From Bacillota bacterium (GTDB lineage: Bacteria; Bacillota; Ch66; Ch109), in assembly GCA_050952625.1 (NCBI GenBank), contig JBMNLH010000001.1, forward strand, positions 1,216,001 to 1,280,000: a DNA stretch of 64,000 bases, read 5' to 3'. The notes under the pieces were generated by a model. That model made no database searches. It worked only from the letters and a program-made list of their open reading frames with translations, and had not been told where the DNA came from. Positions within the stretch are counted from its first letter, which is position 1, and every line of letters begins with the position of its first letter. This document shows, in pieces, positions 42,791-53,567 of this stretch. The position numbers were made by a program, and so were the translations under genes.

Positions 42791-43627
42791 CTACTTTCCT
42801 GCTGCTTTTTTTACCATCGCTTGGTGAGCAGAGTCGAGTTTATTGCTTTCATGTGTGCGGCTATTCAAAAAGTGGATGCAGAAATGGCCATCGAAATCGT
42901 TATTCTTAATTGCTCCGGCACCATGAGGCATACCATTCATCGATGCAGCCATATGTTTTCCATCAAGACTAACAACTATCGCTCTCCTAGCCCAACTCCA
43001 TTGACCACCGTATATTTTCCGCATAACAGCAGTATCCTCAGCCGTAAGGGGCTGACAGTCAGCATGCTTGGATCCCCCTCGTCGTTGCACTCTAAAACTA
43101 AGACCCGTTTCAACATCAGTAATAAGGGCCCTATCTCCTACAGCCAAAATGCGACTAGCCTCATTCCAAGGGATAAGATCGCCCATTCGGCTTCCAGTTC
43201 TAGGAACTGAAGAACTTTTCTTATCCCCTGGAGCTACTTTTACATTACTATTATCTTTTTCAACAGTTGTTTTATTATCAGAGCGACTGTCTCTACTCCG
43301 ACTAGTTGACTGATTAGAGTTTACAGAATGAGCTGCTTGAAGGTCCTTAGAATTATCTGTAGGAGAATTATCCAATAAATCTATATTATTATTAACACCT
43401 ACGGTTTCCTGATTATATGTAGGATTATAATTTGGGGTATTCTTAATATCAATTGTAGCCTGATCTGCAATACTCAGTGGTTCTATCTTATTTTGTGCTA
43501 TAAGCTCATTTTCTTCATAACCTAAAAAGCTGCCCAATGGTGCCAGAAAACAAAGAGTAAAACATAAAACAACTAAGATAAGCATAGTCCCTACTATATC
43601 CCGAGGTTCTAACCCCAAAGTCAACAT
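42791..43627 (-). CDS. Exported protein with conserved His-rich C-terminal domain, paralog of the 48597-50036 C-terminus
   Basis: N-terminal hydrophobic segment, polar linker, GGSKHADCQPLT...AASMNGMPH...GHFCIHF. Confidence 0.7.
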   Translation of the reverse strand: MLTLGLEPRDIVGTMLILVVLCFTLCFLAPLGSFLGYEENELIAQNKIEPLSIADQATIDIKNTPNYNPTYNQETVGVNNNIDLLDNSPTDNSKDLQAAHSVNSNQSTSRSRDSRSDNKTTVEKDNSNVKVAPGDKKSSSVPRTGSRMGDLIPWNEASRILAVGDRALITDVETGLSFRVQRRGGSKHADCQPLTAEDTAVMRKIYGGQWSWARRAIVVSLDGKHMAASMNGMPHGAGAIKNNDFDGHFCIHFLNSRTHESNKLDSAHQAMVKKAAGK

Positions 43628-43846
43628 TCCCCCTTTAAAAGTAAAATAAAATTCAGATAACTACGTTCGACATATTTAAGTGGTTACCTTTAGTTAAATT
43701 TAACCATGATTTATATTACTTAAAGTTAATTAATAAAAATGTCAAGATTTAGAAGACTTAAAGACAAACGCCCGACCTATCACCAACTTTTTACAAGCAG
43801 TAATAGGACAGGCGCCAACAAACAAGGATTATTAGATAGTATAATC

Positions 43847-45166
43847 TCAATGCTGAATTAATGCTTTTTGTAGGAGCTGAACTGGATGTAGGACTTTTAT
43901 ATCTAAACCGGCCTCACGTAATCCATAGCTAATCTGAGTTGTGCAACTAGGGCAACTGGTAGCCAATATTTCGGCTCCACTATTTTGGATGTTTTCAATC
44001 TTTCTTTTTAAGATTTTCATAGAAAGATCATAATGGGTCAAACCAAATGTCCCGGACCCACCACAGCAAGTATCTGCTCCGACCATTTCTTGAAAATCAA
44101 CTCCCGGAATACTTTGTAAAATCTTGCGCGGCTGATTCTTTATTTTCTGGGCTTTAACTAGGTGACAAGGATCATGATAGGTCACCACGACTGAATTCAT
44201 CAATCTGCCAATTTCCGTAGGTAAACCTAATTCATCCACCAAGAATACAGTAAGGTCAAACACCTTACCTTTTAGCCAATTGGCGGCTTCTATGGTTTTC
44301 TCGGCTAAGGTTGGCGCAGAATTTGAGCTATTCCTAAGTTTATCAATGACGGTAGCCGGCCGATAGAGGTGCCCATTTAAAGTCGAGGTACAGGAAGCAC
44401 AATCACTTATTATGGCGTCAACCCCGAGTTTGGACAGGATATTTAGATTGTGGATTACCAGTTCTTCGGCTACAGTCTTTGCTCCATTAGCCAGATGAGG
44501 TACGCCACAACACTTAAGGTCCGGAGGAATAATTACCTCACACCCACAATGGGTTAGCACCTCTGCCGTAGCTAGTGCTATTTCCGGCTGCAACAGGTCA
44601 GTTCCACAACCAAGGAAATAAGCCACCCTGGTTTTGCGGGTGCCTCTGGCCGGCATTACTGCGGCTAACTGAGACCGAGCGGATCGACGCGGAATTTTAC
44701 CCAGGATCTTTTCGGCCCGGGGTAAATCTCCCGGGAGGATACCGGTTAGTCCTAGGGAACGTGCCAAACTCCGCAACCCCAGGCTATCAGCTAAACCGGC
44801 AGCGGCCACTGAATTACGGAGAAGGCCCGGGTTGGTCCACAACTTCTCAAAGATTAGTTTTTTACTGGTTGAAGGCCGTTGTTCGGTGATAAATGCCCGA
44901 GCTTCAGCGACCAGTTCTGGGACCGGAATCGCCGAAGGACAATTACTGGAACATGATTCACACATCAAGCAGTCGCCCAATTTGGCGGCTACCTTATCCG
45001 AAACAGAAAGCACACCGTCACGGAGCATTTGAACCATGAATACCTGACCACGGGGGGAGTAGTTTTCGGTTCGATACTCATTAAAGATGGGGCAAACACT
45101 GCGGCACTTGCCGCAGCGGACGCACTTTTTAAGTTGATCTCGAACTGCTGGTGTATCCTTAAACAT
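43847..45166 (-). CDS. glcF: GlcF-like Fe-S subunit of a 2-hydroxyacid dehydrogenase
   Basis: Two CxxCxxCxxxCP motifs and two CCG domains. Confidence 0.8.
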   Translation of the reverse strand: MFKDTPAVRDQLKKCVRCGKCRSVCPIFNEYRTENYSPRGQVFMVQMLRDGVLSVSDKVAAKLGDCLMCESCSSNCPSAIPVPELVAEARAFITEQRPSTSKKLIFEKLWTNPGLLRNSVAAAGLADSLGLRSLARSLGLTGILPGDLPRAEKILGKIPRRSARSQLAAVMPARGTRKTRVAYFLGCGTDLLQPEIALATAEVLTHCGCEVIIPPDLKCCGVPHLANGAKTVAEELVIHNLNILSKLGVDAIISDCASCTSTLNGHLYRPATVIDKLRNSSNSAPTLAEKTIEAANWLKGKVFDLTVFLVDELGLPTEIGRLMNSVVVTYHDPCHLVKAQKIKNQPRKILQSIPGVDFQEMVGADTCCGGSGTFGLTHYDLSMKILKRKIENIQNSGAEILATSCPSCTTQISYGLREAGLDIKVLHPVQLLQKALIQH

Positions 45167-45169
45167 TGG

Positions 45170-46585
45170 TTATTCCCCCTCTGGAAGAAAGACTTTCCCA
45201 GGATTCATGATTCCCTTGGGATCCAGAGCTTTCTTGATCGCCTGCATAACCTTAACGGCTGGTCCATGCTCTAATTCGGCATACATGGCTCTTACCGCAC
45301 CCACACCATGCTCACCGGTTGTGGAGCCGCCAAGGGTAATCGCCAGTCGATGAATGTCATCGACCAATCGATTGGCCATTTCGACTTCTTCTGGTTTTTC
45401 CGGATCAATCACCGGGGCGGTGTGAACATTGCCATCACCAATATGACCATAATTGACCACTTGAACCCCATGTTTTTTCCCCAAGGCTCGAATACTGCGC
45501 AAGGTCTCAGCCACCTTGGCCAAGGGGACACTAATATCTTCTCCGGCAAACACCCGGCTGCCATCAGGTCGAACCCGAGCCGCGGCCGTCGCTACTACGC
45601 TGCGGCCTTCCCAGAGATCGGCCATTCTTTTTGGCTCGGTGGCCCACTCTACCTGGGTTGCTCGTCGTGCGGCTATTTCTTTAATTTTCAGGCCTTCCCA
45701 TTCGACGCTGGATGGGTTGCCATCCACTTCAAAAAGAAGGATCGCTTCCCCCTGAGGCAGATTAATCTCCGGCCGATACATATTTACCGCATTAATTGCT
45801 GATTGGTCGAGAATTTCAATTCCAGAAGGCAGAATACCAGCTTGATAAACCTCTAAAACAGAGGCTGGAGCATCATCGAGTGAAGGATAAACCGCCATGA
45901 CGATCCCCCGCCCTTTTGGTTTAGGCCATACTCGAAGTCTAACTTTAGTAATAACTCCCAAAACCCCTTCAGAACCAACAAAAAGTTTCGTTAGATTCAG
46001 CCCGGAAACATTTTTAATTGACCGAGCCTGCATACCGCCAGTTACGATTACCTCCCCATTGGGCAGGACAACTTCCAGACCCAGAATATACTGCTCAGTG
46101 CAGCCATATTTGACGGCTCGGAGTCCGCTGGCATTATTAGCGACCATCCCCCCGACTGTACACATAATCGAACTGCCTGGGTCGGGCGGGAAAAAAAGTC
46201 CATATTCAGCTAAACGCTCATTTAACTTGGCGTGGATCACACCGGGACGCACAAACACCTGCATATTAGCCACATCAATTTCCTCGATTGTATCCCAGGG
46301 GGAAAGATCCATCACTATACCACCCTTAATCGCAACCGAACCACAAGTCTCTCCAGTACCAGCTCCGCGAGGGGTTACCGGTACATCATTAGCGTAGGCT
46401 ATCTGCATTACTGCGGATACCTCTTCAGTCGAGCGGGGCGTTACTACTGCATCCGGAATAAAACGGTTTAGTCTAGCTAGAAAAGAACTATCATAAGAAT
46501 AATACATGAGATCCACTGGGTCAGAGATTACCTTATCTTTCCCCAACCGGTTTTCCAATTCCTTAACTAGAAGTGAACGATCCAT
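45170..46585 (-). CDS. glcD: GlcD-like FAD-linked oxidoreductase (glycolate/D-lactate)
   Basis: PRGAGTG, PPDPGS, GSEG.LG, GH.GDGN.H and GEHGVG. Confidence 0.8.
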   Translation of the reverse strand: MDRSLLVKELENRLGKDKVISDPVDLMYYSYDSSFLARLNRFIPDAVVTPRSTEEVSAVMQIAYANDVPVTPRGAGTGETCGSVAIKGGIVMDLSPWDTIEEIDVANMQVFVRPGVIHAKLNERLAEYGLFFPPDPGSSIMCTVGGMVANNASGLRAVKYGCTEQYILGLEVVLPNGEVIVTGGMQARSIKNVSGLNLTKLFVGSEGVLGVITKVRLRVWPKPKGRGIVMAVYPSLDDAPASVLEVYQAGILPSGIEILDQSAINAVNMYRPEINLPQGEAILLFEVDGNPSSVEWEGLKIKEIAARRATQVEWATEPKRMADLWEGRSVVATAAARVRPDGSRVFAGEDISVPLAKVAETLRSIRALGKKHGVQVVNYGHIGDGNVHTAPVIDPEKPEEVEMANRLVDDIHRLAITLGGSTTGEHGVGAVRAMYAELEHGPAVKVMQAIKKALDPKGIMNPGKVFLPEGE

Positions 46586-46839
46586 TTTTTATTGAACACC
46601 TCCATATATGTTCCTTTTGGTCTGAATAGTTCTCAACTATGTTCACAAACATAAGAATCTAAAAAATGAGAACAGCAAGTCGGTTCTTAAGAAGTGGGCA
46701 TGCAGAATGGCCAACTTGCTGTTCAATTCCTCAAATGATAGAATAAAAGTCTAATCATGGAAGGTGAATCGTCAAAAAGCAGCAAACTCCATCTTTAATC
46801 CCCGATCACGATTATAACACACCCTGGGAGGTATCGGTT

Positions 46840-47778
46840 ATGAAAATGAAGCCTGTAAAAGAATCCGAGTGGCAACCCGTTTTACGTCAGTTAACCCAAG
46901 TAATCCCGGCCCAACGAATAGCCTGGGATGAGCCAATGTCCCGGCATACTACCTTCCAGATCGGGGGTCCGGCAGATGCCCTGGTTATCCCAACTAGTGA
47001 AGAAGAATTACAACGGATTATATTGTTTTGCCGGGAAAAAAAACTACCCTATTACATAATTGGGAAGGGCAGTAATCTTCTAATTCGTGATAAAGGGATT
47101 CGCGGGGCCGTGATCAAAATAGATCAGCCCCTAGGTCATTTAGAATTCTCGGGCCATCAGGTCAAGGCCGGGGCTGGTTTGTCGCTGGGTGAACTTTCTC
47201 GTAAGGTTGCCGAGCGAGGGCTTTCCGGCCTGGAATTTGCAATAGGAATACCCGGCTCGCTCGGGGGTGCATTGGTAATGAATGCCGGGGCCTATGATGG
47301 CGAAATGAAGGATGTTGTTACCAGTGTCCGAGTTTTGGATGAGAAGGGGAGGTGTTTTACCCTCTTAGCTGATCAGCTTAAATTTGGCTACCGGCACAGT
47401 ATCCTTCAAGGGAGTGATCTAATCGTCCTTGAAGCAACGATAGATTTAACCCCGGGCAATCCTGACGAAATTCAGGCGCGAATGGATGACTATACTAAAC
47501 GTCGTGAATCACGACAACCGCTTAACCTACCCAGTGCCGGGAGTGTCTTCCGGCGTCCGACCGGTTACTTTGTGGGACCGATGATTGAAGAATTAGGTTT
47601 AAAAGGCTTTCAGGTAAACCAGGCTCAAGTATCAGAAATGCACGCTGGCTTTATAGTTAATCAAGGCCAGGCTACCGCCGAAGATGTTATAACCTTGATT
47701 AAAATCATCCAGGAACTGGTCAAAGAAAGATTTGGTGTTGAACTGGTTCCGGAAATAAAAATAATCGGCGAAGAATAA
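46840..47778 (+). CDS. murB: UDP-N-acetylenolpyruvoylglucosamine reductase
   Basis: IGGPAD, GSNLL, MNAGAY and PSAGSVF. Confidence 0.95.
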   Translation: MKMKPVKESEWQPVLRQLTQVIPAQRIAWDEPMSRHTTFQIGGPADALVIPTSEEELQRIILFCREKKLPYYIIGKGSNLLIRDKGIRGAVIKIDQPLGHLEFSGHQVKAGAGLSLGELSRKVAERGLSGLEFAIGIPGSLGGALVMNAGAYDGEMKDVVTSVRVLDEKGRCFTLLADQLKFGYRHSILQGSDLIVLEATIDLTPGNPDEIQARMDDYTKRRESRQPLNLPSAGSVFRRPTGYFVGPMIEELGLKGFQVNQAQVSEMHAGFIVNQGQATAEDVITLIKIIQELVKERFGVELVPEIKIIGEE

Positions 47779-47830
47779 AAACGCAGCCCAGATTTAATTA
47801 TTACCTGGACTGCAAAATAACTTTTAAAGT

Positions 47831-48163
47831 TTATTTACCTGTGTTGGATCCGGGAATAAACAATAAGAACCAATAGATGACTAGAGCAACAATAAACCAG
47901 GTTAAGCTTCGATTAAAACTTAAGACTTCCGATTCTTCGAAAGCTGATCCCAACTTAGTCTCGATGTCGCCTTTTTCATTGGTTCTCCCGGTGGAACTAA
48001 AGGGTTTGTTTATTGCCCGAACAAGTTCCCCGATTAACTTCTCGAGGAGGTCTAGGCGCGTTTCAGTTTGCGAAGCCTTATTCCTTTGGGCTAATTTATG
48101 TTGCAGCATTAATCGATTATAACAACAAGGCAACACAGCCATCCCCCCATTAAGCAGCTTCAT
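47831..48163 (-). CDS. Hypothetical protein with C-terminal TM helix
   Basis: ORF only; start uncertain. Confidence 0.35.
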   Translation of the reverse strand: MKLLNGGMAVLPCCYNRLMLQHKLAQRNKASQTETRLDLLEKLIGELVRAINKPFSSTGRTNEKGDIETKLGSAFEESEVLSFNRSLTWFIVALVIYWFLLFIPGSNTGK

Positions 48164-48390
48164 TTGCTACCAGTATATGACTGTCAGGTAGATTGGGTTA
48201 CATAAATTAGAAATATTGGCAAAGCAGATCTAATCGGAATCTGATTCTCATATTATTTTTATTATCTGCCATCTCAATCATAAATGGTTATAGTTACTCA
48301 ATAAAAGGCATGGACGATGATAATCTGGCGAAGATAATCTGAAAAAATAAAACCGCTTCAGTAATAAATACTGAAACGGTATTAATCCGA

Positions 48391-48466
48391 TGGTGGAGAT
48401 AGGGGGATTCGAACCCCCGGCCTTCTGAATGCGAACCAGACGCTCTCCCGACTGAGCTATACCCCC
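48391..48466 (-). tRNA. tRNA-Ala(CGC)
   Basis: GGGGGTATAGCTCAG...loop TTCGCAT...GGTTCGAATCC...CCA; G3:U70 pair. Confidence 0.95.
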
Positions 48467-48596
48467 AGATAATCCTAATTAGGTCTTGAACGATGATAAT
48501 TATACCACTTCACTTTGAAAAGTCAACCAAGTTTACCCTTGACCACCGGTGGACTGGGGTGCCAAGGGTAAACTAGCTTTATGCTTATGGAGTTAT

Positions 48597-50000
48597 TTAA
48601 TAGCCGGCTGCTTTTTGTACATTAGCTTGATGCGTCGAGTTAATTTGATTGGTGTTATGCTGACGGCTGTTTAAAAAATGCAGATCAAAATGGCCTGCAA
48701 AATTATTCCCGGAAATGGTATCAATATCATGGGGCATACCGGCCATCGACGCCGCTAGTACTCGACCATCAACCTCCACCAGGACCGGGCGATAACGCCA
48801 ACCCCAGTATCCCCCGAAGATTTCTTTCATTATCTGAGTATCTTGTTTAGTTAGCGGTTCGCAGTCCGCATGATTAGATCCTCCAATTCGTTGGACTGTA
48901 AAACGCTTTCCGGTTTCCAAATCGCGGATAACCGCCTGATTGCCAATATCAAAAATCCAGTAGACAAACTCCCAATCTAACCATTCTCCATAACCCGCTT
49001 TAGCCGGAACTTGAGGAGCAACAACCGAGACCGCCTTACTGGAATTAACTGGGATAAACAAAGGCTGCTTAATCCCAACCCAATCGACATGCAGGTGATT
49101 AGTGGTTTTGATTGCATCAATGGTCGTATTATATTGCTGAGACAAGCCCCATAGATCTTGCCCTGGTTTAACCTGCACCAGGACCGCTCCATCGGGAATT
49201 ATCCAGTTAACAGAAGAAGGAGAATGCGGGGGTGGTGTAGGTGGGCCCGCAGGATTTCCTGGTGAATTCGCAGAAATCGGGACAGATAAAACTTGTCCGA
49301 CTTGTAGCATCGTTGACTTTAAGTTATTCTTGGTCATGAGCTGAGCGATGGTTGTGTGGTACCGCTGGGAAATTAAATAAAGGGTATCTCCGGAGCGAAC
49401 AGTATGATTAACCCAATCTTCACTCGGTAGGGTTAATAGTTGACCCACATAAATCAGATCAGAAGTTAGGTGATTTAAAGTTTTAAGCTTATCCACGGTT
49501 GTTCCAAACCGTTGAGCTAGCAAATAAAGAGTATCACCCGGCTGAACTAGGTAGCGGTTGCACGTCACTGGAATCTTAAGCAACTGGCCAACTCTAAGCT
49601 CTGATGAGGTCAAACTATTAACGGACATTAAATCCGCGACGTTGGTTCCGTATTTTAATGAAATGAGATATAAAGTATCTCCAGGCTGCACTTGATAGGT
49701 TGTCCCTTTATTACTGGCGGGATCTGGAATCTTCAATACCTGTCCGATTCTAATCTCTGTGGAAACTAAACCGTTTAGTTCTATTAATGTTTTGATCGTG
49801 GTCCCGTATTTGGTTGATAAAATATACAGAGTATCTCCTGCTTTAACAGAGTAATAAAGATAGCCGACTTCGGCAGTAGTTAAGGGTGAGGCTATAACCG
49901 GTTTTTCCGGTATGCAAAAACTTCCGAATGTTGTTACTATTAAACTTAGACCGACTGATATAAATCGGCAACCACCCGATTTTATACCCTTACGCGACAT
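48597..50000 (-). CDS. Five-LysM exported protein with His-rich C-terminal domain
   Basis: Four Y.V..GDTLY repeats plus a fifth LysM; C-terminus GGSNHADCEPLT...GHFDLHF; ATG 50000 after GGAGGGG. Confidence 0.85.
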   Translation of the reverse strand: MSRKGIKSGGCRFISVGLSLIVTTFGSFCIPEKPVIASPLTTAEVGYLYYSVKAGDTLYILSTKYGTTIKTLIELNGLVSTEIRIGQVLKIPDPASNKGTTYQVQPGDTLYLISLKYGTNVADLMSVNSLTSSELRVGQLLKIPVTCNRYLVQPGDTLYLLAQRFGTTVDKLKTLNHLTSDLIYVGQLLTLPSEDWVNHTVRSGDTLYLISQRYHTTIAQLMTKNNLKSTMLQVGQVLSVPISANSPGNPAGPPTPPPHSPSSVNWIIPDGAVLVQVKPGQDLWGLSQQYNTTIDAIKTTNHLHVDWVGIKQPLFIPVNSSKAVSVVAPQVPAKAGYGEWLDWEFVYWIFDIGNQAVIRDLETGKRFTVQRIGGSNHADCEPLTKQDTQIMKEIFGGYWGWRYRPVLVEVDGRVLAASMAGMPHDIDTISGNNFAGHFDLHFLNSRQHNTNQINSTHQANVQKAAGY

Positions 50001-50328
50001 AATCCCCCTCCTAAATAAATGATTATAATTGATCAAATTCCAAGAAATATTCTACATTCTTCCCGAGAGTTCCCTTGAATGGGAATATAGTCGAAGTTTG
50101 GGATTTAAATTCTACCTTACCAGTAGGATTCCTTTAGGTAAATTAAGCCACTAATAGGGTCATTTTAAATAACTAAAGAGCATATCCTGCAGGGTACTCT
50201 CCTTGGTAAGGACTCCAGTCATTGTCTGCTTGGGGGATCCGTGTTACCATATTAATAAACTCAATAGTTATTAAATTTAGCAAATTTTGAATATTAGATT
50301 TCCATGCATAAAGGGGGGGTGGGGGGTT

Positions 50329-52428
50329 ATGAAAAAAAGACTGGGGGATATTCTTCCCACCGGTCAAGTTGTTTTATCCGACAGCCAAACAGTAGAGGAA
50401 GCTCAAAACAGATTAAAGAATACACAAGCTATTGCGGCAGCAGTCATTAATTCTAGCCAGCAAATTGAAGGAGTCATTGTCCAGGAAGAATTGCTGCAAG
50501 CCGAATGGGTTAAACCAGACGAATCTATTTCTTCATTAATTAATCGCGGTTGGAGTTCAGTATCTTTAAACGATACCTTGGAAATGGCCTTAAAGGTTCC
50601 AAATTCCTGGATCATTGCGGTCGATGATAATGGTTTGCCGTTAGGTGTTTTATCAAAAATCAAAGTGGTAGATGCAGTAGTTGAAGTGTTTGAAACAACT
50701 TTAAACCGCTTATATACGGTGATGGATTCGGCCCATAATGGAATCATCGCGTTAGATAATAATGGTTTCATCACCCATTACAATACAGCTGCGGAAGTTA
50801 TGTTTGGATATCCTAGGGATCAGGCCATCGGCCGGCATATCAGTGAGGTTGACCCGGAAAGCACGTTGATGGATGTGGTTCAATCAGGTCAAGCTCAGAT
50901 GACGCAAAAAAGGCAATTGCCTCGGGCGTTAGTTTTGACAAATCGGCGTCCAATCCTGGTTAATGCAGAGGTCGTGGGCGTCGTTGCTGTTTTTCAAGAT
51001 TTATCTGAAGTTGAGGCAGCCCAAAATGAGCTTCGTACTGTTCAGGCACTTAATCACGAATTAGAAAGCATTCTCGAATTTTCCCATGATGGTTTAGCTA
51101 TCTGTGATGATGAAGGCTGCTTTTTACGAGTTAGTCCTAGTTTCGGCAAATTGTTGGGCATACCGGTAGAGGAACTGACCGGACGCTCAATTTTCAACCT
51201 ATCTGGAATTGCTCAGTTGATTTTGCCGGTCATTCATGCCGTTATGGAACAACGAGTGCCGATTTCAATGACGCAAAATACACCCGGGGGCCAGCAGATT
51301 CTAGCTACCAGTATTCCAGTATTTGATGAGAAAGGCCAACTTGTCCGAATAGTAACTAATCTGCGTGACATGACTGAATTGAATGATTTAAGGGAACAAG
51401 TACAACAAACTAATGAACTTAGCCGTCGGTATCTCCAAGAATTGGAGGAATGGCGGGCAAGGTTTGTCGCGACCTCTGAGGTAGTAGCTTCTAGCCTGGC
51501 CATGCAACGGGTTATTGAAATGGCTCTTCACGTAGCCAAGGTTGATTCTACAGTATTAATTACTGGAGAGTCAGGAGTCGGCAAAGAAGTTATTGCCAAA
51601 ATGATTCACCGGGTGAGTCCGAGGAGGGACGGACCCTTTATTGAGATAAATTGTGGAGCTATCCCGGAAACGTTACTGGAATCAGAGTTGTTCGGTTATG
51701 AACGAGGGGCATTTACGGGGGCTGCTCGGGAAGGCCGAACCGGTATCTTTGAATTGGCGAATAACGGAACCCTTTTATTGGATGAAATAGCCGAGATTCC
51801 CCTAAACCTTCAGGTAAAACTGCTGAGAGCCCTGCAGGAACAAGAAATATATCGAGTTGGGGGTACTCACCCCATTAAGCTGAATGTTCGAATAATCACC
51901 GCAACCAATAAAAATCTTTGGCAAATGGTCCAAAGCCGGCAATTCCGTGAGGATCTTTATTATCGCCTCAATGTCGTGCCAATGGAAATTCCGCCACTCC
52001 GTAAGCGAAGAGAAGATATCTTACCCCTGACGAATCATTTCCTGAAACTATGTAACGACAAGTACGGATTTAAACGTCGCCTGGCTCCGGAAGTCTATCA
52101 AATTTTTGAGAGTTATAGTTGGGCGGGCAATGTTCGCGAGTTGCAGAATTTGGTAGAGCGTCTGGTGGTTACTAGTAATACAGAGATAATCACCGAGAAG
52201 CATTTGCCGCCATCTTTATCAAGAAGAACCCTGGCCAGCCCCCAAGCCGTACAAGTCTTCGGTTTAACAACCCTAAAAGAGGCAGAGGAAACGGTGCAAA
52301 AGGAATTAGTAACGCGAGCTCTCCGTGTAGGGAAAAGCACTCGGCGGGCTGCAGAAATTTTGGGGGTTACTCATTCCACGATTGTCCGTAAGATAAAACA
52401 ATACGGTATTCAGGTTGGACCGGAATAG
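50329..52428 (+). CDS. Sigma-54-dependent activator (CBS-like, two PAS, AAA+, HTH)
   Basis: GESGVGKE, ESELFG, GAFTGA and W.GNVREL; C-terminal HTH; ATG 50329. Confidence 0.9.
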   Translation: MKKRLGDILPTGQVVLSDSQTVEEAQNRLKNTQAIAAAVINSSQQIEGVIVQEELLQAEWVKPDESISSLINRGWSSVSLNDTLEMALKVPNSWIIAVDDNGLPLGVLSKIKVVDAVVEVFETTLNRLYTVMDSAHNGIIALDNNGFITHYNTAAEVMFGYPRDQAIGRHISEVDPESTLMDVVQSGQAQMTQKRQLPRALVLTNRRPILVNAEVVGVVAVFQDLSEVEAAQNELRTVQALNHELESILEFSHDGLAICDDEGCFLRVSPSFGKLLGIPVEELTGRSIFNLSGIAQLILPVIHAVMEQRVPISMTQNTPGGQQILATSIPVFDEKGQLVRIVTNLRDMTELNDLREQVQQTNELSRRYLQELEEWRARFVATSEVVASSLAMQRVIEMALHVAKVDSTVLITGESGVGKEVIAKMIHRVSPRRDGPFIEINCGAIPETLLESELFGYERGAFTGAAREGRTGIFELANNGTLLLDEIAEIPLNLQVKLLRALQEQEIYRVGGTHPIKLNVRIITATNKNLWQMVQSRQFREDLYYRLNVVPMEIPPLRKRREDILPLTNHFLKLCNDKYGFKRRLAPEVYQIFESYSWAGNVRELQNLVERLVVTSNTEIITEKHLPPSLSRRTLASPQAVQVFGLTTLKEAEETVQKELVTRALRVGKSTRRAAEILGVTHSTIVRKIKQYGIQVGPE

Positions 52429-52454
52429 CACCAGAATGGAACAGAATTGCATCA
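52416..52454 (+). promoter_or_regulatory. Candidate enhancer (UAS) pair
   Basis: TGGACCGGAATAGCACCA and TGGAACAGAATTGCATCA with 21-bp period; third site CGGAACATTCATGTTCCA at 52525-42. Confidence 0.55.
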
Positions 52455-52773
52455 CTCAACTTAAGATAAAGATGTTCTTGAAACCTTAGAATATCCAAGA
52501 TATCCAAGGCCGACAAATCTATAACGGAACATTCATGTTCCAACTGAGAACGTTAGTATTTGAGCAAGGAGTCTTCCTGATCGATAAAGGGGAGACTCTT
52601 TTTATTTTTTCTTTTTATTTCTATTCATGATAGAGACGGTTGTTTTAACCTAAGGAAGTGCTTTAACTCCAGCAGTACCAAACGTTTAGAAAAACTAAGC
52701 ACATGGCTATAAATGAAAAATAATCAAATATTACGGAATTTATTTTAAATTAATTAGCTAACAGCCTTTATCC

Positions 52774-52789
52774 GGGCATTACTTTTGCA
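52774..52789 (+). promoter_or_regulatory. Sigma-54 -24/-12 promoter
   Basis: GGGCATTACTTTTGCA (GG-N10-GC). Confidence 0.65.
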
Positions 52790-52861
52790 TATTGCCAGAA
52801 TTATAGAAAAATAGAAAAGATCAAATAGAGTACTTAATAATATTAAGGGGAGGGATGATTC

Positions 52862-53110
52862 ATGAGTCTGAAAACGATCTTCTTTATCTTTGTAGGGTTT
52901 TATGCCACAGTTAAACTTTGCTTTTTTATCGGTGTTTACTTCATTACTAAGCAAATTGAACGTAAGGCTCTGGCAGAAAAGGCTAAACGGCAAGAACACA
53001 ACCGCCTGGCTGAATTAGAATCCTTGGTTGAAATGTATGAAAATAAAGAAAAAGCATTTAAAAAAGACAAACAAGTTTATGGGGTTCGCCACGGAAAATT
53101 TATTGCCTAA
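52862..53110 (+). CDS. Small single-TM hypothetical protein, paralog 1
   Basis: RBS GGGAGG; aligns end to end with 53568-53813. Confidence 0.75.
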   Translation: MSLKTIFFIFVGFYATVKLCFFIGVYFITKQIERKALAEKAKRQEHNRLAELESLVEMYENKEKAFKKDKQVYGVRHGKFIA

Positions 53111-53494
53111 CTTAACAAGCTATCAATATATATCACTATTCAATAGTAGCCGGTTTAAATATAAACCAAAGCGGTTCCCTTTTATTCCAGCGGAACTTTT
53201 TTGAACCAATCCTCCGCATCTGATTAATTAAGCTTCTCGGGGTTCGCCTACTCGATCGCTCTTAATAATCGGTACCTATTTGCACCACTTAAGAAAGTGT
53301 TTACGAGAACAACCGTTGGTTTTAATAAGTAGTTAGACACGTTTATTTTCTTGGTTTTCAAGCCAAATAGTATGTGCTCTGGTTTGGAACAAGGCGAAAA
53401 ACCTTTAAAAATAATGACTTTATTACTTCGGGTTAAGGAAACATGGATCAAAAATCAACCGGGAATAAACCACCCACCAAGATGCTTGGATATT

Positions 53495-53510
53495 TGGCAT
53501 ATAAATTGCA
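53495..53510 (+). promoter_or_regulatory. Sigma-54 -24/-12 promoter
   Basis: TGGCATATAAATTGCA, near consensus. Confidence 0.8.
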
Positions 53511-53567
53511 ACTAAACTTTGCTAGCAATCACTTGAATGACAATAAATTTATTAGGGGGTGTGGTTT

